This document shows positions 45,200-60,600 of a stretch of DNA of 64,000 nucleotides, one piece after another (the stretch's first letter is position 1; the number at the start of each line of letters is the position of its first letter). The notes under the pieces are model-generated. The model was given only the letters and a program-made list of their open reading frames with translations. It did no database searches and was not told the origin of the DNA. Origin of the DNA: the human T2T-CHM13v2.0 reference genome, Homo sapiens. Position numbers and translations under genes: made by a program. The stretch lies in NCBI RefSeq assembly GCF_009914755.1, contig NC_060940.1; one strand, 5' to 3'.

Positions 45200-46530
45200 T
45201 CGCCGCGGCGTCTGTCGTGGCAAACAAAAGTGAACCGGATTAGCCACAGTGGATTAAAAGATTTACGTCTCAGAGTTTACCTAATAACCTAACAATCGTG
45301 TCAACGGGAGCTTTGAACCCCCAGGGCGCGCCTGCCAGGCCAACTGAGAGCTCAAGGCCTCTGTGGGCAGCAGGACGTGGTCGGGGGGAGGAGACGCAGC
45401 CACGGCTGTCCTCACACCCAGCTCGGCCCCTGCGGGCTCCTCTGGGCAGAACCTGGGGAAGGCACGGCCTCTAGCAGGAGGTGGAGGCCTTTGAAAGGGT
45501 GCAGGTGTTGGGACCAGGTACCCGGCCCAGGCCCCCAGCCGCGTCCACACACGTCGCACACGGCAGCAAGGACGCAAGCAGTGTGGAGGTGGCCGCGTCG
45601 GCGACGTATGGGCCCCGTGGTGCTGCGGTGCACGACCTCTGTGCTGTCACCCCACAGTGTCCGCTCCTGCACGTACACGCGTGCACGCGCACACACGTGC
45701 ACACGCACACACACACAAGCACGCCCCGCTTTGATCTCTAAAGGAGAGTCCATTGACAAGCTCTTAATCGCAGCTGCCCTTGCAGGGCCTGTCCCTGAAG
45801 TCCCGAGTAATGGGATTTGGCGCTTCTGATCCATCGGGCTGGCCGCTTCCCGTGTCATAGGTGGACATTTTTTTTCTTTATATCGCTTCTGTTTCTTTTT
45901 TTTTTTTCTCCTCGAAAAAATGCTGCTTAAACGGCACCGACTTGACATGGCTTGTCTCCTAACCTTGGAGTGGCGGCCGGGACGCCGGCCTGGATCAGTC
46001 GGGGGTCTTTGATGCCGCCTCCATGTGAAACCTGACGTGGAAGACCCACCGGGGCGGTTTTGGGGTCCGAGGTCCGTCAGGATTCATCCTGCCTCACCCT
46101 GCTCCCTTTGTCTCTTCCCCTGACCCTTCCTCGGGACACCCGGAGAGGGTCTGAGGGTGAGGGTGCGGGCGCTGCGTGTGGGCTTGCACTCGAGGGTGGG
46201 GTGGGCCGAGGGCAGGGCCGCAGCCGCGAGAACAATGGGCAGAGGAGGCGCGTCCACCTGTCCGCCCGGCCGCCTGCCCGGCTTACCTCACCTGCCTGGC
46301 TCCGTGTGCCTGCTCACGCCCCACCGTCCCGCTGTCCGCCATGATGGGCTTGGCCGTCCGTCCGAGCACTTTCAGCCACTCTGGGAAGCAGGTCCCTGCT
46401 CTTGGCCACTGTGTGGCTGGGAGGCAGAAGCGTGACTCTGGGCTGCAGCTCGGGCTCCTGCCGCCGATTGGCTGAGGCAGGGACCAGATGACGGGCCTCA
46501 GAACCCTATGGTAGCCATGGCAACCAGCCC
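45200..46530. promoter_or_regulatory. Candidate CpG-rich, repeat-free enhancer/promoter (TCF/LEF, homeodomain, NF-Y and RFX motifs)
   Basis: CTTTGA(A/T) at 45311, 45489, 45729 and 46007; GGATTA at 45237 and 45251; ATTGG at 46467; GTAGCCATGGCAAC at 46511-46524. Confidence 0.55.
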
Positions 46531-47694
46531 CTTTAGACACCGCCACCCCCGAGCCACTCCTGACTGCTGAGGGAGCAGGCGGCACTGCCCGTGGGCCCAT
46601 GCCAGGGTCCCCTTGGAGGAACGAGGTGGGCATGGCTGCATGGTAGCTGTCCCCACAACAGCTGTTAAGCGTTTCCGTGTGTTTCATTCATGTCCAGTGT
46701 GTGGGGTCCTTGCCCCTCTCCTGGCCTGTCCGGGGCCACTCTGTGCCCTGCCTTACCCCCAGCAGAGGCAGAAGCACTGGCCTTGCAGCCCCTGCTGAGA
46801 GGAGGACTTCAGGTCAGGCTTGCCTCAGGGGCTGAAGGCCAGGCCCAGTCTGGTGGGAAAATAAAGGGTGGGAGCAGTGGAAGCGGGAGCAGGGAGAACT
46901 TCCCAGCCCCACTGGGCAGAGCCAAGCTCTCGCCCACCTCAGACGGCAAAGGCTGCCAGCTTTCTCTCCGCCCACAGTCCACTCCGCCACCCTCTCGTTA
47001 GCTGCGGCCTGTGGAATACGTGCACGTGCTCACACAGTCCCGTCTCACAAGCCCCCTGAGGCCCCTCCCGAGGCCTTGCTCCCTGGACCTTGGGTTCCCA
47101 CTGGGCAGGACTCTGGGTCTTTGGCCACACTGAGGAGACCGTCTCGCCATCAGTCACACACCTGCGGCTGCACCCGCTCTCCCCTGGGCTGCAGTGCCCT
47201 CTTGCGTCCCAAGAACGCCTCTTCCCTCCAGGGCGCACCAGCATTGGCCCCTGGCAAAGCTTTCCCGTATGTCTGGAGACGAGGCTTCTCAACCGTCACC
47301 CGTGGACATCCTGGGCACTGCAGGGCACTGAGCATCCCCGGAACCACCCCCTGCCCCCAGCCCCGTGACAGCCAGAAACAGTGTTGGCTTGTCCACGCGC
47401 TCTGACAGCAGCACTGCCTGGCCAAGACCCCTTCGAAGGCTTCCCCTAAGCCCGGGAAGCTGAGTCCCACTTCCTGGCCCAGGCCCAGCACCCGATGAGC
47501 AGAATCTGGTGATGAACAGCTGCAGGACTGCAAGGAGCAAGCGAGAGCCTTGGGCTGCTGCAGCCCAGGGAGGCCACTACCAAGGCCATCAGAGGGACCC
47601 GGGATCCAGGGGAGCCTGGAGCATGGTCCATGGGGATCCACCTTCAAGAGAGCGACTTCGGGGCCAGTCCCAGGGAACCGGGCTTGGCATGGGC

Positions 47695-47871
47695 CTGGGC
47701 GCCGGGGGTCTCGGGCCGCGGCTGCTCCCCCAGGACTCTGGGCGCCGGGGGTCTCGGGCCGCGGCTGCTCCCCCAGGACTCTGGGCGCCGGGGGTCTCGG
47801 GCCGCGGCTGCTCCCCCAGGACTCTGGGCGCCGGGGGTCTCGGGCCGCGGCTGCTCCCCCAGGACTCTGGG
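47695..47871. repeat. 43-bp perfect tandem repeat, 4 copies
   Basis: CTGGGCGCCGGGGGTCTCGGGCCGCGGCTGCTCCCCCAGGACT at 47695, 47738, 47781 and 47824. Confidence 0.95.
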
Positions 47872-49887
47872 TCCGGATCCAAGCTTCTTCGCACTGGCCT
47901 GGTTGTGAGCCGCCTGTCCCAGGATGGAACCCGGCCTTGAAGCCCTTCCCATGCCATGCTCAGAGCTACCAGCTTGTCTGGGGACAGGATGTGGGTAGGG
48001 ACACCATCCCAGGACAGCAGGCAGTGGTTAGGGAGGATGGTCCAAGGCTGGAGCCCGCCTAGGGAGGGCTGCGGGGCGCTGCGGCAGAGGGAGCCAGGAC
48101 CGCACGGGAGCCCAGGCTGCTGGGTGTGGCCATGTGGCCAGGGTTCCAGCTTGGGTGGCTGGTGGGTGTCAGAGGGACAGGGACTCAAGGGAGCCTGGGA
48201 GCCCCACACAATCCAGCCCGTGCCTGGGGCCAGCAGAGGGCTGGAGTTACAGACGGGCACTGGTGAGAGGGCGAGGGCGGCCAAGGACTGAAGGTGGAGG
48301 CGGAGCCCTAAGCAGGCCCGCGGGACACACAGTGGTCTCCCGGCAGCTCCCTTGGGCTCCCAGCACCCTGACGGGGGCACAGGACAGGAGCAGAGTTGCC
48401 AAGCGACCCAGAGGGCCCGCCCGCTCTCCATGCCCTTCCCTCCACTATCCTGCTGCTCTGTGCACCTGAGCAGGACTCAGGAAGCAGGCGAGACCCTTGG
48501 GGTCAGGGGTCAGACATGGACTTGTGACTGGGTGCCTCAGGCCAGCCTCACATCCACTCCACCCTACCCTTCCTGGCCTTGGCTTCCCCGTCTCTATGTG
48601 GAGTGATGGGGTCACTGACACCCCTTCCAGTCCTCCAGTTTTCTACCCCCAAGGGATCCCTGCCCATAGCCGTGAGGGTCCACCCCGGAGTCCACCCTCA
48701 GGTCCACAGCCCATTCTCTGCCCGACACCGCGGCTGACTGTTGTCATGGAAACACATGGCCTCTGCCAAGCCTGGGACACGCGTGGGGAACTCCTGGCCC
48801 CTGAGGGCTCCGAGAGGCTGGGGCTGGTGCAGGCCGGCCCAGGGCAGCTCTGCCTCCTGTGGGGTTGATCTTGCTCTGCACAGATCCCTCTCCCACTCCA
48901 GGTGCCTGAGGGTCTGCACGCCTCAGTGAGGGAGAACTGGCCGTTCTCAGAGACGGAGTCCAACACTTCAGGAAGGAGCCTGACAGGTGTGATTGGTGAG
49001 GATGGCAGAAGGAGGGTCTGGTGGCCCCAGCCCGGCCTGGCTCTGGAAGGGGTGGGGTGGGCATAGGGAGGGCAGGGAAGGGGTGGGGTGGGCGCGGGGA
49101 GGGCGGGGTGGGCGTGGGGAGGGCGGGGAGGGCGGGGAGGGGTGGCCAGCAGCCATTCCCAGGTTGGCTGCCCGGGCTCCCAGCTCAGTTCTCAGTTCCC
49201 CACACACATGTTGGAGCCGGTACAGTCCCTGGGACCCCTCCCCACAACCCAGAAGGCAGAATAGCATGCTGGATCCAGCTGCTGGGTCTGTCCCAGACCT
49301 GAGTCACGGTTTGGTCTTGAGGGATGGGTCCGGCATTTACGGAAGGCCTCTTACCTTTTTCTCAGTCAAGGACTTTTGTGGCCTCTGACCAGAAAGTTGT
49401 CAGGGCCCTGGCCACACCCAGACCCCACCTCAGTCTGGCCTGGCCTCCCCTGCGGGAGGACTAAACAGCCATGGGTTCCATCGAGGTGACTGGCAGAGGA
49501 GGTAACCTGCTGAGGCCAAATGCAGCTTCTCCCACTGGCCAGCTGGTAGCCTGGTCCCAAACCCACAACCCTGAGTCAACACAAGTCAGGACACACTGAT
49601 AAGCACGTGCCACCATGGCCGACAGGGGGACCGAGGCCAGCGCCTACCAGCCCATTGCCAAGCCTGGCCCCTAACTTCTTGGGGCCCCCAGAGTCTGACC
49701 CAGGAAGCCCTACAGGCCTTGGCAGGAGCCCTGCTTACCGTGGGGCTTGGTTGGGGTGGGAAAGAGCAGGTGGTGAGTGAGGGGCAGCCACCGAGGCCTG
49801 AGTTGGGAGGTGCTGGACACACACACCATCAGGGAGTCAGGGGCAGGCCGAGGGGCTGGAGGGGGCTTGGCTTAAGTTCACAGCTGA

Positions 49888-52100
<2,213 letters not shown>

Positions 52101-52280
52101 CAAAACACAGAATTGAACCTCGCTCTCTGCAGCTCACCGGGGGACGGGCACAGCCAGAGTCAATGCCCACGGCTCATCCGAGGTCTCAGGGGCAGCAAGG
52201 GCAGGGGTGACAGGATCAGGATCCCCAAAGAGAACACCAGTCCTCAAAGCAAAGATACACACACACAGCCTGGCCCAGAC

Positions 52281-52286
52281 TTTACT
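52281..52286 (-). terminator. MRPL28: MRPL28 variant poly(A) signal AGTAAA
   Basis: AGTAAA about 260 nt after the stop codon, followed by GU-rich GTGTGTGTGTATCTTTG. Confidence 0.6.
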
Positions 52287-52546
52287 CGCTCCCGGCCCCA
52301 CGGGCACAAGGAACACTGCCGCAAACGTCGGGGCCCAGCCTGAGAGGAGCCTCTGGGCGGCCCAGGCCTCCTGGGGATCCCTGCCAAGCTGGCCCCGGGC
52401 TGGAAGGTGCATGGGCAGCACACGAAACCAGGATCCACCCACTGCCCACCGGTGGCCCTCACAGCTCCCCGGGATCTGTGTCCTCAGTGCAAAGGGCCTG
52501 GCAGGGAAAGCTGGGCCTGTTGGTCAGGCATGGAGGAGCTGTGTGG

Positions 52547-56060
<3,514 letters not shown>

Positions 56061-56146
56061 GTTCTCACTCCGGCCCCTGTCCCGCACCCACCTGCCCCTC
56101 CCCTTCTGCCCCGGCGCCCCCCCACACCCCACCTGCCCGCGCCCAC

Positions 56147-56200
56147 CTTTCAGGGTTCAGAGCCCACCGGAACCGGAAGCCGATCTGCCGCGCCTGGCCC
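56147..56200 (-). other. MRPL28: MRPL28 non-coding exon 1 (TSS approximate); exon 2 acceptor at 55098
   Basis: Donor GAAAG|gtgggc at 56147; tandem ETS CCGGAA motifs at 56167-56179, typical of nuclear-encoded mitochondrial gene promoters. Confidence 0.75.
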
Positions 56201-57526
56201 TCCTCCCACCGCTGACTGGCTGTAAAAGCCATCCGTCTACCCCCTCGTCCCGCCCCGCTTCCGTCTTTAGGGACCGTAAAAAACACCCCACATACAGCAG
56301 CAGCAGCTCAAGGCACCGTTAGCTACGTGCGGCCCCGGCGTTTCCGCGAAGGGCGGCACGGGCGGGGCGGTGCTTGTTCTCCCGGGCCCCACTTACCCTA
56401 CCCGGGAAGGAGCACAGAAAAAATGTAAAAACTCGTTTAGTTTGAAAAATCAATGTAGAATATTAAATTCACCAAACACAGATAGATCAGATCTACATAA
56501 AAATATGTCTTAATATCTTAGAATTTTCCTTTACTCCAAAAAACCCCATATATATATGTTTCTCCTTTATAAGCTTAGAGATTGCTTTGGTGGTCAAGTG
56601 CAGGGCGGCTGGGGGAGGTAAGACCTTCAGGAAGGCCATATCCCGGACAAGACCCAGAAGGGAAGCCCCCAGAGCCAAGGGTAGGAGGGCCCCACCCGGG
56701 TCTCAGCCACTCACTTCTCCAGGGCGGATCCGAGACACTCACAGGCCTCAGGGAGGGGCCAGGTGCTGCTCCTGGTCATTGCTTCCCCCACAAGGTTTGC
56801 ATGAGGAGCAGAGACAGTCCAGTCTCCTGAACACCCACAGGGCACAGAGCCCAGTGCAGGGGGCAGACACCACCGCAGCTCCTGGGACCAAGAGGAAGCT
56901 CCCAGAGGGGGGCCCAGGAACGCTGGGGTGGGTGGACAGGGCTGGGTAGGGGTTCCTTCTGGGCCAAACCCCCAGAGCAGCAGAGCACCCCAGTCCAAGG
57001 AAGCTCTTCTCAGGGACCCAAGGCTCCAGAGCCAGGAAAAAGGGAGGGGCGGGGCGGGAGCCTGCATCCCCAGTGCCCATCAGCTCTGGGGGAAACCTCC
57101 GTCTCCCGTCCCTATGGTGACCACAGCAGCAGAGGGGGATCCTCCATGCCCCAGGCAGGCTGGCATCAGGGCCACACAGGGGCCAGGAGCAGGGGTCTCG
57201 GAGTCCACAGCTCCCGGCCCCAGTGGTGGGCTCAGGGCTCCTGGGCGCCATGGGTCTCACCACAGCCTCGCCAGGGAACAGGACCATAGGGAGTCCTTCT
57301 CCCCATCTCTAGCCACCCACAGGCCAGCAGAGCACACAGCCCCACCCTCGCACAGGCACCTGTGGTCTCCAAGTAACCAAGCCCAGGCCCCAGGGGCCAC
57401 TGCAGACAGCAGCTGGGATCTGCAGAGGGATCTCAGCAGCGAGCAGGCAGCTGGCGAGGAGAGGTGCGTGTGAGGGAGGGGTGGCCCTCTCCTCAGTAGG
57501 AGGAAGTAAGAGGGTATCTAGGCCAA

Positions 57527-57532
57527 TTTATT
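57527..57532 (-). terminator. PGAP6: PGAP6 proximal poly(A) signal AATAAA
   Basis: AATAAA about 100 nt past the stop codon. A distal variant ACTAAA with a U-rich downstream tract is at 56436-56441. Confidence 0.55.
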
Positions 57533-57634
57533 CAGCTGGAAATCAATCTGTCCAGGGCTGGACCAGGCGCCTCCCCCTCGATACAGCTCCTGGCTGAAGA
57601 GGTCATCAGAGCAGCAGCTGTCCCCAGGCCAGTG

Positions 57635-60600
57635 TCACGTCACTGCGTACAGTTCCTCCCGATCGTTCTTGCAGATCTGATAGTGGCAGGGGAATTTCTG
57701 CGAGCAGGCCCAGGGCTCGGCGGGCTGGTCAGGTGGCGGCAGCAGCAAGGCTGCGCTCCCGGCCAGCAGGATGTGCCAGATGCTGTGGGTGTAGTAGTAG
57801 TTGTCGCTAGTCATCATGGAGGTGTAGATGGCGATGCCCACAGAGGCCATAGAGACGCCGGGCAGGAGGTAGAAGGCCCAGCGCTGCCACGAGGTGGGGT
57901 AGCACTGGCGCCGGTGCCCGCAGCGGTAAGCCTGGAGAAAACAGCCACGCAGGTATCAGTGCAGGTGGGGCCGCGGCTGCAGCTCCCAGGGCCCAGATAC
58001 GGTGGTTACTGGGGGCCTGCCCAGGTCTGGGCAGCAGAACGACAAGGGTGGGCTGCTTCGAGGGGGCTCAAGGCCACTGGTCCTCAGGCCCAGGCCTCAG
58101 GGACACAGCCATGCTGGGCCTCTGTGGGTGCCATGGCAACCCCCAGCAGATATGGGCATTCACTGGTTGGAGCAGGACCAGGAACGTGGCTAGAGCAAGG
58201 GGCCAGGCTCTCTTCTCCGAGCACCTGGGCAGCAGTGCCAGCCAGCCCGGCTCCTTACCCACATGGAGGCCATGATCACGAAGGCAAAGAGGCAGGGCCC
58301 CAGCATGTTCCACATGCCCCTGCGGTCCAGCTGCAAGGACATGGCGATGACCAGTGTACCCAGAAGAAACAGCACCTGCGCAAGACACAGGGATGACTGC
58401 AGGGACGTCTCTGAGGGCTCAAGGCCCAGCAGGAGCACGCGTACCCCACGGCCCCACAGCACCTCTGCCTGCCCCCTCGGAGCTGCTGCCACCCTCAGAC
58501 CAGCTCTGCCAGCCTCTGACTAGCTCTGCCAGCCGGCAGGGACATGCCCCTCCTTCAGCTTCTGTATTGCATCCACAGGTGAATGTGGCCAGGCAGGCAT
58601 CTCTGGGGGATTAGACGATGCTCACACAAACTGGACAGACGCATATGGCCGCTCTGCACCCACACACTCACTAGCCCCCTGTACCACTGGGTTTCTAGAA
58701 GTCCCCCATCAGGGTGGCTTCAGTCTCCCACCCACTGTTCCATGGGGAGGGGCTCCCACCCCCCAGTCTCCATCAGACACCTCTGCCCACAGCCTACAGT
58801 TCTCTGCCTATCTGCAGGTTCAGGCCCCGCACTCAGCCCTGCAGGACCCTGGTGCTTCCCAGCCTCCCCTCTGCCCTGGCTGTGGGGCTCCCATGGGCAC
58901 CCCCTTGGGGCAGTACCCAGCCTGCAGTTCCCAGAGCAGATGGGAGGGCAGAGCATGCAGCTCACAAGCCCAGGGCATGAGTCTCCCCTTGCCAGGGCCA
59001 GCTGCCACAGAGAGTCCCCAAAGCATCATTGGCCCCAAGGACCCAGGGAGCATGGGTGGGGGCTTCTCGAAGGCAGGGGGCCTGGCCTCCCCTGCCTACC
59101 ACCTTCCTTCCTGGCATCCTCCAAACAGCTGGCACTGCCCCCTCACAACTGCCTGCGGGGTCTCAGACCCGCATCTCCGTGTGGCATCACAGAAGACATG
59201 AGGTTTCTTTTCTTTTCTTTTGTCACCCAGGCTGGAGTGCAGTGCTGTGACCTCGGCTCACTCCAACGCCTCCAATGCCTGGGATCAAGCGATCCTCCCA
59301 CCTTAGTCTCCCGAGTGGCTGGGACCACAGGCATGTACCACTACGCTCGGCTAACTTTTCGATTTTTTGTACAGCCCAGGCTGCTCTTGAACCCCTGGCC
59401 TCATGGGATCCTCCTGCAAGTGTTGGGATTACAGGTGTGAGCCACCATGCTCGGCCAAGGCATTACAGGTGTGAGCCACCATGCTCGGCCTAGGGATTAC
59501 AGGTGTGAGCCACCATGCTCGGCCGAGATGTGAGGTTTCCAGGGGCCGTGCCCAACGCCAGGTCCGGCCTCTCCCACGGTACTGCCTTTCGCAGGCTGCA
59601 CTTGGGGGCCCTGCTCCCCCGGAGCCCACACCCCACGTCGAGGGCCACTCACGTATTTCAGGACTGTCTTGAGCCGTGCCATGCACAGGATGGTGACCCA
59701 GATGGCCGCCCCGGAGCCCAAGAAGTCGCAGTACTGCAGCGTGTCGTAGCTGAGGATGCACAGCACCGCCTCCCCGGGCTGGTCGCAGGCGTGGTAGAAC
59801 TGTGGGGAGGCTCCATGAGCGCGGTCCTGCCCTCCCACCCCACATCCCTGCAGGAGGGGCCAGCCTACCGTGGAGAAGAACATGGTGTAGGCGTAGACGG
59901 AGGCCTCCACCAGGAAGAATCGCCGCACTGAGACGGCGATGGGGGCCAGGAACATGAGGTTGCTGAGCGTGAGCAGCAGTGTGGCCGCCCTCTGCTGGGC
60001 CACCGTCTGGGCTGTGCTGTTGTCCGTGCAGCTCCACCCACGCCAGCCTGCGGTCACAAAACCCCGACGCGGAGGCTGGGGGCACTGCTGAACCTCAGGG
60101 CCCACCCCTCACCCAGGACCCTGCAGAGAAGCCCCTTCCTCACCCAGGAGCAAGCAGGGTAGGCACGGCGGGCGGGGTCCAAGGTCAGGAGGCAGTACCA
60201 CCCCCCGGGGATACCTGGTGCCTGTGCCAGGCAGACGGATTGTTGGTGGGGAATGGGGGAGTGGGGAGGAGGCTTTGCCCCTGCATTGCTCTGCAAGGGT
60301 CTCTCTCCAGCCCCTTGCGGCGCTCCCCCAGGGGAAAGGCACAGCACAGCACTGGAAGCCAACAGCAGCAGCGTCTCGGGGCGGGCGGGGCCCTGGCACT
60401 CACCTGCCTTGCAGCTGCAGCTGGCATACAGGTAGCTGTGTCTGCGGAGCAGGAGGCACTGGCCATAGGGTCCACAATCGTTCAAACAGGGCACCAGGTA
60501 CAAGGTGGTCTCCACGTGGACCACAGCCTGCTCACAGTCCCTTTGAGGAAGGGGCCACAGGAAAGCTGGTGCAGTGATCTGACAGCCCAGCTGCCACCAG

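Noticed and set aside
57632-59440. 254-aa and 285-aa plus-strand ORFs
   Set aside because: Antisense shadow of PGAP6 exons and GC-rich intron/Alu sequence.
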